64,000 nucleotides of DNA from Anaerolineae bacterium (GTDB taxonomy: Bacteria > Chloroflexota > Anaerolineae > Aggregatilineales > Aggregatilineaceae): positions 468 through 64,467 of the forward strand of contig JAFGNU010000060.1 of the NCBI GenBank assembly GCA_016926875.1. Reading direction: 5' to 3'. Positions 26,616-36,088 of this stretch are shown here, piece after piece. Every line of letters starts with the position of its first letter. The first letter of the stretch is position 1. The position numbers and the translations under genes are program-made. The notes under the pieces are model-generated. The model was not told where the DNA came from, made no database searches, and saw only the letters and a program-made list of their open reading frames with translations.

Positions 26616-28265
26616 TCACTGCACCCGCCAGACCGTTACCGGCCTGCCGTCATGGGGGCGCGGGTATGATCCGAAGAAGTCCCATGTAAGGCCCGGTACG
26701 CCGCCGGGTATTTCGTCTGGGGCCAGGTAGTCGGTCAGCACGTAGACGAACGGCCAGCGATCCAGGGTATCCAGCAGCGTCGTCCAGGTGGACACGTCGC
26801 GCGGGACACGCTGATCGGGGAAATCGTGCGACGACATGCACGCCCAGATGAAACCGTCCGGCATGACCAGCGTGTGCACGTTGCACACCCGCAGCACGCC
26901 CACCACCGGAATCTGGTCACTGTAGCTGCTCATCACGCCGACGCTGGGAACCTGCCCGTTGAGCTGCTCGCCGCGCGCCTGTAGATCAAGAAAGGCGTCG
27001 TGCGTGCCCCAGGTGGTGAACAGGCCGGAGAAGTAATTCGTCACGTCGCGGTGCGGCATATCCAGGCTGCCGGGATCGGTCGTGGCCGTGCGGGCGAACG
27101 GGATCGCAAAGCCGACCGCCCACGCCGCGATCACGACCAGCGCCAGGACGCCGCCCGTCCATGCCCCCGCTTGCTGCCGTGCGGTTGATTCGCGCGTCCG
27201 TGCCAGCCAGCCGCCGAGGCTGTCGCCCGCGATCACCATGCCGCCGCCAAACATCACGGCCAGCGCCGGGACGCCCGCCATCAAGTAGCGGGATTGCAGC
27301 TCGGTGGCGACCAGCGTGATCGGCACCCAGATCACGGCCAGCCAGGCCAGCGCGTACAGCGCCGCCCGCGTGCGCCGCCACAGCAGCAGGATCGCCAGCC
27401 CGCCTAGCAGCGCCGCCATCGGGTGCGAGAGCAGGTAGCCGGTTTTGTCGATGAACGTGTTTTCCAGCCGGTCGAGCGCGCCGCCCGCCCGCGTATTGTC
27501 CCCAATCAGGTAGGTGTCCAGCAGCGTCGCCTGCTCGCCTTCCCCGACCGTGTACCACAGTCCCGCGCCGGTGGTGAACAGCCAGGGGATCACCGCCACT
27601 ACGCCCGCGATCACCAGCGGCCCACCGTAGCGCGCCCAGGCCGCCCGGCTCCACGCCCGGATCGCGCCCAGGCTCCGGCCATGCAGCGCCACGTCACCAA
27701 ACAGCAAAACCGCCAGCGGGGCTAGCACGGCGATCACGGCGGTCGTCAGCTTGGCCATGGCCGCCAGCGTGACCAGCAGCCCAACGATCACGCCCTGCCG
27801 CCGCGTGGGACGTTGCGCCAGTCGGATGCACTGCCACGCCGTCAGCGCCGCCAGCGCCCCGGCGAAGGGGTCCGCGAACACCATCCGGTCAAAGAACAAT
27901 GCGTAGGGGGCTAGCGCATAAAAGGCCAGCGCCGGGACCATCGCTCGCTCCCCGAACAGGGCGCGCGCCGCCGCCAGCATCCCCGCGCTGCCGACCAGCG
28001 AAAACAGCGCAATCGCGATCCGCGCCGCCGCCAGCGTGCCGTGCCGCTCGTCCAACTGGAACAGCCCCAGCCAGAAATACAGCCCCAGCTTGCCGTGACT
28101 GTCCACGATGGGCGAGCGCTCCAGGTGGATCAGGGCGCGGGCGCGCTCGATATGGCTGTTTTCGTCCCAGAAAGCAGCCATCGCCAGCGGGTTGTGGATG
28201 CGCAGATAAAGCTGGACGAGCAGCAGCAGGACGATCAGGATCAGGCGGGCGCGGGCGAGTTTCAT
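26616..28265 (-). CDS. GT-C fold membrane glycosyltransferase, paralogue 3
   Basis: FWDENSHIERARALIHLERSPIVDSHGKLGLYFWLGLF. Same architecture as paralogues 1 and 2. The C-terminus ends DGRPVTVWRV. Confidence 0.8.
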   Translation of the reverse strand: MKLARARLILIVLLLLVQLYLRIHNPLAMAAFWDENSHIERARALIHLERSPIVDSHGKLGLYFWLGLFQLDERHGTLAAARIAIALFSLVGSAGMLAAARALFGERAMVPALAFYALAPYALFFDRMVFADPFAGALAALTAWQCIRLAQRPTRRQGVIVGLLVTLAAMAKLTTAVIAVLAPLAVLLFGDVALHGRSLGAIRAWSRAAWARYGGPLVIAGVVAVIPWLFTTGAGLWYTVGEGEQATLLDTYLIGDNTRAGGALDRLENTFIDKTGYLLSHPMAALLGGLAILLLWRRTRAALYALAWLAVIWVPITLVATELQSRYLMAGVPALAVMFGGGMVIAGDSLGGWLARTRESTARQQAGAWTGGVLALVVIAAWAVGFAIPFARTATTDPGSLDMPHRDVTNYFSGLFTTWGTHDAFLDLQARGEQLNGQVPSVGVMSSYSDQIPVVGVLRVCNVHTLVMPDGFIWACMSSHDFPDQRVPRDVSTWTTLLDTLDRWPFVYVLTDYLAPDEIPGGVPGLTWDFFGSYPRPHDGRPVTVWRVQ

Positions 28266-28306
28266 CAGGTGTGGCGTTCCTCACGGTTCAGGTGTTACCG
28301 ACGGTG

Positions 28307-28334
28307 AGCATACCATCCCGCCCGGCGATGTCAA
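28307..28334 (-). promoter_or_regulatory. candidate promoter of GT-C paralogue 3
   Basis: Minus strand: TTGACA (28334-28329), a 16-nt spacer, then TATGCT (28312-28307). Confidence 0.3.
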
Positions 28335-28482
28335 GCCGGGTATAATAAACCTGCAACTGATAATAGACTCTTGTTCACAAAAACCCATATGCCGCACCGC
28401 CGAAAAGCAAAAGCGGAATAAACGCCTGCTCGGCTCGAGCAGGTGCGGAATATGGCCATACTCATTTGGGAGAGAGTGTACA

Positions 28483-29301
28483 GTGGAGTGGCAAACGCAA
28501 CTCATTGGAACGAATGGGATAAATGTCCACGTTTTTCGCGGCGGGGCGAGCAATGGTGTGCCGATAGTGCTGTTGCACGGTATAACCGACAGCGGTTTGT
28601 GCTGGGAACGCGTGGCCGTGACATTGACTGATACCTACGACGTGATCATGATCGATGCGCGGGGGCATGGGCAGTCGGATAAGCCGCGTACAGGGTATAC
28701 CTACCCGGATCACGCGGCTGATGTGGTGGGAGTGATTGATGCGCTTGGACTTGACAAACCGGTGTTGATCGGGCATTCGATGGGCGCGGCTACGGCAGCC
28801 ACAGTTGCGCATCGTTACCCTGAAAAGGTGCGCGCGTTGGTGCTGGAAGATCCGCCCTGGTATGGGGAGACCTGGGCTGAGGACGAACGGAACCGGATAA
28901 TGAACGATTGGAATACCTGGCTAAGCGCCTTGAAAGCGTTGTCGATCGATGACTTGGTGGCGCAACAACACGCTGAGTCCCCACAGTGGCTGGAAGGTGA
29001 AATTCTGGTTTGGGCGCAGTCTAAACATGATGTAGACCCGGCTGTACTCCAGCTTATCGATCAGCCGCCTGCGCTGACGAATTACGATCTGGCGGCGGCG
29101 TTGACCTGTCCAGCCTTGCTGGTTACTGGGGACGTTGAGCAGGGGGGCATTGTGTCGGCTGACCTTGCCGAGCAAATCGCCCAGTTGCTGGGATTCGAGA
29201 TCGCGCAGATTGCCGGGGCGGGACACAACATCCGCCGCGACCGGTTTGCCCAATACATCGAGGTGGTGAGCGCTTTTGTCAAACGCGTGCTGGCCGGGTA
29301 A
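28483..29301 (+). CDS. alpha/beta-fold hydrolase
   Basis: IVLLHGITDSG (HG oxyanion motif) and the nucleophile elbow GHSMGA. Confidence 0.85.
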   Translation: MEWQTQLIGTNGINVHVFRGGASNGVPIVLLHGITDSGLCWERVAVTLTDTYDVIMIDARGHGQSDKPRTGYTYPDHAADVVGVIDALGLDKPVLIGHSMGAATAATVAHRYPEKVRALVLEDPPWYGETWAEDERNRIMNDWNTWLSALKALSIDDLVAQQHAESPQWLEGEILVWAQSKHDVDPAVLQLIDQPPALTNYDLAAALTCPALLVTGDVEQGGIVSADLAEQIAQLLGFEIAQIAGAGHNIRRDRFAQYIEVVSAFVKRVLAG

Positions 29302-29387
29302 GGATGATGTCAATAGGACAAGTGGCACTGACCTTGTAATTATAAAAACCAGCGAACTTGGTGCGGAATGTGGGAAAAAACAGTGTT

Positions 29388-30584
29388 ATGGAGCAGTCAA
29401 AAATGATCTTACAAACCGGTCCCAGCCTGGACCTATCCGAAGAACACATTATGCTGCGCGACGCCGTGCGCGCGTTCGCCCGGCGCGAGATTGTGCCGAT
29501 TGCCGCCGCCCACGACGAAAGCGGCGAGTTCCCCAGCGACACGATCCGCAAAATGGGCGAAATGGGCTTAATGGGCGTCGAAGTGCCGGAAGAATACGGC
29601 GGCGCGGGCATGGATACCGTCGCGTATGTGCTGGCCGTGATCGAGATCGCCAAAGCCGACGCGGCCCACGCCACGATCATGAGCGTCAACAACAGCCTGA
29701 TCGATCTCGGCCTGCTGCTGTTTGGCACCGAAGACCAGCGCCAGCGCTGCCTGGTGCCGGTCGCGACGGGCCAGCGGATCGGCGCGTATTCACTGACCGA
29801 ACCGGCCAGCGGGAGCGATGCCGCCGCGCTGCGCGCCCGTGCCGTGTTGAACGAGGCCGGGACGCATTACCTCATCAACGGCGTAAAAAGCTGGGTATCC
29901 GGCGGGCCGGTGGCGGACCTGATCATGCTGTTCGCCGTGACCGACCCGGACGCAGGCCGCCGGGGCATCACGGCCTTCCTGGTCGAGGCGGATACGCCGG
30001 GGCTGGTGCGCGGCAAACAGGAACCCAAGCTCGGCATCCGCGCCAGCGCCACCAGTGAACTGCTGTTTGAGGATGTTGCCTGCCCGGTTGAAAACGTGCT
30101 GGGCGAGCCGGGACAGGGTTATAAGATCGCGCTGACGCTGCTCGACGCGGGGCGCATCGGGATCGCGGCGCAGGCAGTCGGTATTGCCGAAGCGGCCTAC
30201 GAGGCGGCGGTTGAGTATGCCCGCCAGCGCGAAGCGTTCGGCCAGCCTATCGGCCAGTTCCAGATGATCCAGCACAAGATTGCGGATATGAAAACGCGCC
30301 TGGAAGCCGCGCGCCTGCTGACAATCAACGCGGCCCTGGCCAAGATGCGCAGCAAAACCACCGGCCAGCGCTACACTACCGAGGCCAGCATGGCCAAACT
30401 GTTTGCCAGCGAAGCCGCGCTGTTTATCACCAACGAAGCGGTGCAAATTCACGGTGCAATGGGGTATAGTAAGGAAATGCCCGTTGAACGCTATTTCCGC
30501 GATGCCAGGATTACCACCATTTACGAGGGCACAAGCGAAATCCAACGGGTGGTGATCGCGCGCAGCGAACTGCAACTGCGCTGA
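29388..30584 (+). CDS. acyl-CoA dehydrogenase (short/medium-chain type)
   Basis: LSEEHIMLRDAVRAFARREI, YSLTEPASGSDAA, QIHGAMGYSKEMPVERYFRDARITTIYEGTSEIQ. Alternative start at ATG 29403. Confidence 0.9.
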   Translation: MEQSKMILQTGPSLDLSEEHIMLRDAVRAFARREIVPIAAAHDESGEFPSDTIRKMGEMGLMGVEVPEEYGGAGMDTVAYVLAVIEIAKADAAHATIMSVNNSLIDLGLLLFGTEDQRQRCLVPVATGQRIGAYSLTEPASGSDAAALRARAVLNEAGTHYLINGVKSWVSGGPVADLIMLFAVTDPDAGRRGITAFLVEADTPGLVRGKQEPKLGIRASATSELLFEDVACPVENVLGEPGQGYKIALTLLDAGRIGIAAQAVGIAEAAYEAAVEYARQREAFGQPIGQFQMIQHKIADMKTRLEAARLLTINAALAKMRSKTTGQRYTTEASMAKLFASEAALFITNEAVQIHGAMGYSKEMPVERYFRDARITTIYEGTSEIQRVVIARSELQLR

Positions 30585-30676
30585 GCAGGTATCGCGCGGC
30601 AGGGGTGCATCAGCCTGGCACAAGTGCCGCTGGATGGCCCCGTCTTTGAACAGGTTGTGGTTAAGGAGCCATTTCG

Positions 30677-32431
30677 ATGAGTGATGACGACATCCGGCGC
30701 GACGATACCGGCGAAGCCGCCAACAGCGCCCCAAAAGATAAGTTTATGGAAACACTCAAGGATCTGCCTCGCTTGAGATCCATCGAAAACGTCGAGAACG
30801 GCAAATCGTATGCGCCGCCCCCGCCGGGAGTGGCCCGCATGGCCGGGGCGACGCAGGGGTGCGGCGGCGTGCTTGTGACATTGATCAGCGTCCCGATGCT
30901 GATGGTGGCGCTGGGGTTTGGGTATTACATGTGGGGGCCGATCCTGCTGCTGCTGGGCGGGCTGCTGCTGGTAGCGGCAGGTGTCGGACTCTGGCGCGGC
31001 GGGCGTATCTCGGTGCTGGTCGGGCTGGTGATGAGCCTCACGTTTTTTGCCGTCTCTTATACCTGGCGCTACTTTGTCATCTCCGTTGCGATCCTATCTC
31101 CGTTGGGCATCATATCGGACATGATCTACGGCCTGGGGCTGGCCATCGGCTTGATCAGCCTGGTTACCGGCTTGATCTTTCTGGTTCTGACACTGCTTCG
31201 CTGGCGGCGGCTCAAAAAACCGACAACGCCCGTGGCGGTTGCCTGGGGGATCGCGGCTGTTTTGACCATCATCGCCCCGATTGTGGTGCAGTCAACCGAG
31301 CAGGACCAGCGTAAAACCTGGCTGGATGACCGGTTGGAAGGCTGGAGCGCGGACGCCGCCACCGATACATTGGTCATGGGGGGGAACGTCGGCGTATCGT
31401 TGGGTTACAGTTTTGATGTTACGGACCCGGATCACGAATTCGATGTTCGCGTGGCCGAGCTTGAGGCGGCGCTTGAAGCCGGGGCGTTTCCGATCCGGCT
31501 GGCAGCTAACGGTGACATCCTGCTACAGCAGCAGGAAGAATTGAGAAAAGCCGCCGAAGACGACGCCTCGATCACCGAGTTGAGTGACATCGAGCTGTCA
31601 GAAGGGCTGCAAAAACAGATTGGCTACGAGACGCGCTATATGGATCGCGTGTTCGAAGCGGGCGTGCCGTTGTTCCTGTCGGACTCGCAGTATTCGCCGC
31701 ACCTGTTGGAATTGACCGATAACGGCAAAGACCTGCATCCCTGGGAAGCGTTCACCGTGCTGCACCTGGATCGGGTGCGGAGCTATGCCGAACAGTACCA
31801 GCCTGCCTATTACGCAGTGGTGGCCGAGCCGGGTGCCTATTACCAGTACAGCGGCATCGAGCGGCCCGCCGATGAAGATGATGACGAAGCCAACGCTGAA
31901 GCCTGGATCGAGCATACCGGAGACCTGATCGACGTGGTGAAAGAGGTCAGCCCGGATACGCGCATCGCAGTGACCATCTCGATCAATGACGATCTCGATA
32001 TCATTTATTACCGGGCCATGCTGGAAATGGACGGCATTGACCTGATCACGGTTGATGTGTACCAGTTTGGGTCGTTTTCGCAGTTGCAGGACCTGATCGA
32101 TTCTGAAGGGCACCCGCGCGACTACGACAAGGAATTGTGGATCAGCGAAACGTGGTACGGTTTCTGCATGGCGCCGCAGCGCAGCATGGCGCTTGACGCC
32201 CAGTGGTTGGAAGTCGTGGTTGCGTTCGCGGCCAAAGAAGGCATTACCGGCGTGATGCCCAACAGTTTTGGCTGCTTCCTGTCGCCGGGCGGGACGCTGT
32301 TTATCCCTGAGCCAGACCTGAGCGGGCGCACCGAGGCATGGGAAACCTGGCGGGAGTTGGTGGAAACGTGGCAGGGACCTGGCCCCGATGAAGTGGACGC
32401 CGGGCCGGTCGAAGCCGGTGACGAGAGCTAA
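30677..32431 (+). CDS. membrane protein with large acidic C-terminal domain, function unknown
   Basis: SD AAGGAG. Five or six hydrophobic helices in residues 60-200, then about 380 aa of soluble domain. I recognise no family. Confidence 0.6.
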   Translation: MSDDDIRRDDTGEAANSAPKDKFMETLKDLPRLRSIENVENGKSYAPPPPGVARMAGATQGCGGVLVTLISVPMLMVALGFGYYMWGPILLLLGGLLLVAAGVGLWRGGRISVLVGLVMSLTFFAVSYTWRYFVISVAILSPLGIISDMIYGLGLAIGLISLVTGLIFLVLTLLRWRRLKKPTTPVAVAWGIAAVLTIIAPIVVQSTEQDQRKTWLDDRLEGWSADAATDTLVMGGNVGVSLGYSFDVTDPDHEFDVRVAELEAALEAGAFPIRLAANGDILLQQQEELRKAAEDDASITELSDIELSEGLQKQIGYETRYMDRVFEAGVPLFLSDSQYSPHLLELTDNGKDLHPWEAFTVLHLDRVRSYAEQYQPAYYAVVAEPGAYYQYSGIERPADEDDDEANAEAWIEHTGDLIDVVKEVSPDTRIAVTISINDDLDIIYYRAMLEMDGIDLITVDVYQFGSFSQLQDLIDSEGHPRDYDKELWISETWYGFCMAPQRSMALDAQWLEVVVAFAAKEGITGVMPNSFGCFLSPGGTLFIPEPDLSGRTEAWETWRELVETWQGPGPDEVDAGPVEAGDES

Positions 32432-32449
32432 CCAGAGCGAGGGACTTGT

Positions 32450-32860
32450 ATGATCACACGCATCAATCACATCGCCATCGTGGTCGAAGACCTGGACGCC
32501 GCGCTGGGCTTCTGGCGGGATGCGCTGGGCCTGCCGCTGGACAAAACCGAGGAGAACCCCGGCGAAAACGTGACTATCGCGTTTTTGCCGATTGGTGAAG
32601 CCGAGATCGAACTGCTCGAACCGACCGACCCGGCGAGCGGCATCGGGAAATACCTGGCCAAAAAAGGCGCGGGTATGCACCATGTCTGCGTGGAAGTGAC
32701 CGGCATCGACGCGGTGATCGAGCGGCTGGTGGCGCACGGGGTCGAGATGATCAACGAAACGCCGCGCGTCCGTGACGAGGGCACGCGCTATGCGTTTGTG
32801 CATCCCAAGAGCGCGTTTGGCGTGCTGGTCGAACTGTACGAATTACCGGAGGGGCCATAG
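32450..32860 (+). CDS. mce: methylmalonyl-CoA epimerase (VOC/glyoxalase fold)
   Basis: INHIAIVVEDLDAALGFW..., IELLEP, GAGMHHVCVEV and AFVHPKSAFGVLVEL. Confidence 0.87.
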   Translation: MITRINHIAIVVEDLDAALGFWRDALGLPLDKTEENPGENVTIAFLPIGEAEIELLEPTDPASGIGKYLAKKGAGMHHVCVEVTGIDAVIERLVAHGVEMINETPRVRDEGTRYAFVHPKSAFGVLVELYELPEGP

Positions 32861-32975
32861 CCCGGCGGCAGGACGTTGACGTGGGGGCAGGGGAAGCCGT
32901 CAAGTGGGCCTTGACACATCTCGCTATTTCGATATACTTCTAATTAGATAGCCATCGAAATAGGGGGAAAAAACC

Positions 32976-33557
32976 ATGACCAACGAAGACCTGCAGATTC
33001 TCCTGCAATTCTTTAAGACGCTGGGCGACGAAAGCCGCCTGAAGATCGTCGGCCTGCTGGTCAACCAGGAACGCAGTGTAGGCGAACTGGCTTCGCTGCT
33101 TGACCTGAAAGAGCCGACCGTATCGCATCACCTGTCGAAGCTCAAAAACGCCGGGCTGGTCAGCGTGCGCGCCGAAGGCACTACGCGCCTGTACCGGCTT
33201 GACCTGCAAGCGCTGGAGGACATGAACCGCCAGTTGCTATCCCACGACCAGATCGCGTCCTGGGTGGACGAAGTCGAGGCGGATGCCGGGGATCGCAAGG
33301 TGCTGCGCGATTACTTCGAGGACGGGCGGCTGCGGCAGATTCCGACCAAGCAGAAAAAGCTGCTGGTAGTGCTGCGCTGGCTGGCGGACCAGTTCGAACC
33401 GGGCGTGACGTATACGGAGCGCGAGATCAATACGATCATTGAGCAGTATCACGACGACTACGCGAGTTTGCGCCGCAACCTGGTTGAGTATGGCTTCCTG
33501 CAACGTGAGAGCAGCGGCGGGCAGTACTGGCTGGCGCCGGCAGACACGGAAACATAG
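32976..33557 (+). CDS. ArsR-family transcriptional regulator with C-terminal DUF2087-like domain
   Basis: LGDESRLKIVGLLVNQERSVGELASLLDLKEPTVSHHLSKLKNAGLV, then GRLRQIPTKQKKLLVVLRWL...YTEREIN. Confidence 0.85.
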   Translation: MTNEDLQILLQFFKTLGDESRLKIVGLLVNQERSVGELASLLDLKEPTVSHHLSKLKNAGLVSVRAEGTTRLYRLDLQALEDMNRQLLSHDQIASWVDEVEADAGDRKVLRDYFEDGRLRQIPTKQKKLLVVLRWLADQFEPGVTYTEREINTIIEQYHDDYASLRRNLVEYGFLQRESSGGQYWLAPADTET

Positions 33558-33560
33558 CAA

Positions 33561-33596
33561 GCAGGGGCGCGGGTGGACAATACGCGCCCCTGTTTG
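33561..33596. terminator. bidirectional terminator hairpin between convergent genes
   Basis: CAGGGGCGCG (33562-33571) pairs perfectly with CGCGCCCCTG (33583-33592), followed by TTTGG. Confidence 0.5.
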
Positions 33597-33598
33597 GA

Positions 33599-34072
33599 TC
33601 ACCACTCAATCGCGCGTAATGCCTCTTTCAACTGCTCGCGAATTGCCAACATCAGCTCGCGGTAAAAGCCGCGCGCGCTTTCCGGCGAGAGCACCACGTC
33701 ATGATAAAAGCTGCCCGATGCCCGTTCAAACAACCACAGGTCAACGCCAAAAAACGGTACGTCGGGCTGGTCATCCAGCGTATCAAACTTGATGCGGCGC
33801 AGCGCCCCCAGCAGCGCCCGGTAGCGCTCCGCTTCGACTGCGTATGAAAAAAAGACATCCTTACCGGGTTTGTCATAGACCACCCGCAGCATACAGGTAT
33901 CTCCGTGACCGCGTGTGAGCGTGGCGGCCTGGTTTGGATGTGTCCCGTTGTGATACTGGATCGTAAGCCGGATCGCTTCGTTGACGCCCGGCTGCCGCAC
34001 CAGGTTGCGGAGTTCGTCTTGCTTCAGCCGCAGCGCGATCAGGCGGATCGGATCGGCCCGTCGTGATTCCAT
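33599..34072 (-). CDS. hypothetical protein
   Basis: ORF of native composition with an ATG at 34072 (a GTG one codon upstream). No motif recognised. Confidence 0.5.
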   Translation of the reverse strand: MESRRADPIRLIALRLKQDELRNLVRQPGVNEAIRLTIQYHNGTHPNQAATLTRGHGDTCMLRVVYDKPGKDVFFSYAVEAERYRALLGALRRIKFDTLDDQPDVPFFGVDLWLFERASGSFYHDVVLSPESARGFYRELMLAIREQLKEALRAIEW

Positions 34073-34219
34073 CACATCCTTTTACCCTCGACACCTTTTA
34101 GCCCCAGCATAACGTCAAATTTGTCAAAATCGTGAACGTATGTTCTAATAGCAGTATACCACATCGATCACTTTTACACTACCATATACGCGCCGATTTT
34201 GACATCTGAGGAGAGTACC

Positions 34220-35323
34220 ATGTCCGAACCCAATCCCCGCTTGAAAGACCTGTTTTTTCAACGCCCGTTTTATGATGATCTGGTGGCAGTACTCGCGGCG
34301 ACCTGGCCCCCGTTTGACGCCGAGGCTTTTTGGTCCGGCCTGTATGACGCGGGATGGGATGACCGCTCGTTGATGGAGCGTATGCGCCACACCACCGTCA
34401 TACTGCACAGCGTGCTGCCGGAAGACTTCCGCGCCGCGCTGCGTATCTTGCAGCAGGCCGCGCCCGCGCTGGCGCAGTACGGGTTCGAGAAGCTCGTTTT
34501 GTGCGAGTACGTGGGCCTGTACGGCCTGGATGACTGGGAGGCATCGCTGCCCGCGCTGGAAGCCTTCACGCATCAGGCGAGCGCCGAGTTTGCCGTGCGC
34601 CCGTTTATTCTACAAGACCTGGAGCGGATGCTGGCGCAGATGCTCAAATGGGCTTCGCACGACAGCCCCACTGTGCGCCGCCTGGCGAGCGAAGGCTGCC
34701 GCCCGCGCCTGCCCTGGGGTATCCGGCTGCCCCCGCTGATCGACGATCCGGCGCCTGTTCTGCCAGTCCTGGAACAGCTTAAACTCGATGAAGACGAGTC
34801 GGTGCGGCGCAGTGTCGCCAATAACCTGAACGACATCGCCAAGGACAACCCGCAGGTGGTGATCGACGTGCTGCGGCGCTGGCAGGCACACGATACGCCG
34901 GAGATGGCGCAGTTGATCAGCCGCGCGCTGCGGACGCTGCTCAAGGCGGGCGATCCGGGGGCGCTGGAACTGCTGGGCTACGGGCGCGATCCCGCGATCA
35001 CGGTCAGCAACATGACGTTGGAACCGGATACGATCCCGCTGGGCGAGACGGTCGCTTTTTCGTTCGATGTCGAGTCCACCGGCCAGCAGCCGCAAGACCT
35101 GATGATCGATTACGTGGTTTACCTGATGCGCGCCAACGGTCAGCAGACGCCGAAAGTCTTCAAGCTCACCAAGCGGACCATCGCGCCGGGCGAGACGATC
35201 CACATCACCCGCAAGCAAAGCTTTGCGCCCCAATCGTCGCGCAAGTACTATCCCGGCGAGCACGCTATCGAAATACAAATCAACGGCACGACCTTCGACC
35301 GCCGCGAGTTTCTGGTTACCTGA
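34220..35323 (+). CDS. DNA alkylation repair protein family (HEAT-like repeats, YhaZ/AlkD-related) with C-terminal beta-rich domain
   Basis: SD GAGGAG before the ATG at 34220. FAVRPFILQD...WASHDSPTVRRLASEGCRPRLPWG...DEDESVRRSVANNLNDIAKDNP. Confidence 0.72.
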   Translation: MSEPNPRLKDLFFQRPFYDDLVAVLAATWPPFDAEAFWSGLYDAGWDDRSLMERMRHTTVILHSVLPEDFRAALRILQQAAPALAQYGFEKLVLCEYVGLYGLDDWEASLPALEAFTHQASAEFAVRPFILQDLERMLAQMLKWASHDSPTVRRLASEGCRPRLPWGIRLPPLIDDPAPVLPVLEQLKLDEDESVRRSVANNLNDIAKDNPQVVIDVLRRWQAHDTPEMAQLISRALRTLLKAGDPGALELLGYGRDPAITVSNMTLEPDTIPLGETVAFSFDVESTGQQPQDLMIDYVVYLMRANGQQTPKVFKLTKRTIAPGETIHITRKQSFAPQSSRKYYPGEHAIEIQINGTTFDRREFLVT

Positions 35324-35514
35324 ATGAGGGGATCGCGGCTGGTGGAAACAACCGGATGCAGCATCGCGCCATACCTTCTATAATTACCCTGTGGTTGGAG
35401 CCGGGATTTAAAGGATTATAACCTGGGCAAGCGGACAGCGATCCAGCTTGCCCGCCGGTTGTGCCTGGTTGTACTTCCCCGCCCTGTCGAGAAACATCAC
35501 AAGGAGATAGACAG

Positions 35515-36045
35515 GTGGCACGCAGTCCATATTCTCACATCAGCAAGCACATGCGGTGGGTATTTGTCCGCGATATGGCAGGCGAAGTACTGCAATCGGG
35601 CGCGATTGCGGCGGTGATCATGCTGGGGGTAGTGGGCGTGTTTTATGTGATGGGACCACGCGCCGACCAGCTCGGACTGGACCTGATACAGGTGGTGCTG
35701 GGCAAACAGCCAACATGGCTGCGCTATACGTTGTTCGCCGCCGAGCATTTTGTATTAAGCTGGCTGCTCACGCTGCCGCTGCTGTGTGTGCTGATCGGTA
35801 CGCGCAAACGGTACCAACCGCTGGCAGTTGGCGCTGTGTTTGGAGCAGCCGTTTATGTTATATGTTATTCGCTGCTGCTGCCCCTGGCGCTGGGCAAGGA
35901 AACGCCTTGGCAGTACGGCTTTGAGCGGGTATATCCCAGCCTGGTAGTACACCTGGCTTTTGGGATGGCGGGGACCTTCCTGTCCAGGGGGTTTGTCGCG
36001 CGCAGCCCTGACCTGGGTGCTGTTTGTCGCGCGTTTTTGCCATAG
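35515..36045 (+). CDS. hypothetical membrane protein
   Basis: AGGAG lies 8 nt before the GTG at 35515; the ORF is open from 35461. Four or five hydrophobic helices. Confidence 0.45.
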   Translation: MARSPYSHISKHMRWVFVRDMAGEVLQSGAIAAVIMLGVVGVFYVMGPRADQLGLDLIQVVLGKQPTWLRYTLFAAEHFVLSWLLTLPLLCVLIGTRKRYQPLAVGAVFGAAVYVICYSLLLPLALGKETPWQYGFERVYPSLVVHLAFGMAGTFLSRGFVARSPDLGAVCRAFLP

Positions 36046-36088
36046 GCGGGGCGTGCTCACTGCGGGGATGTCTCGCCGCGTTGTTCCC

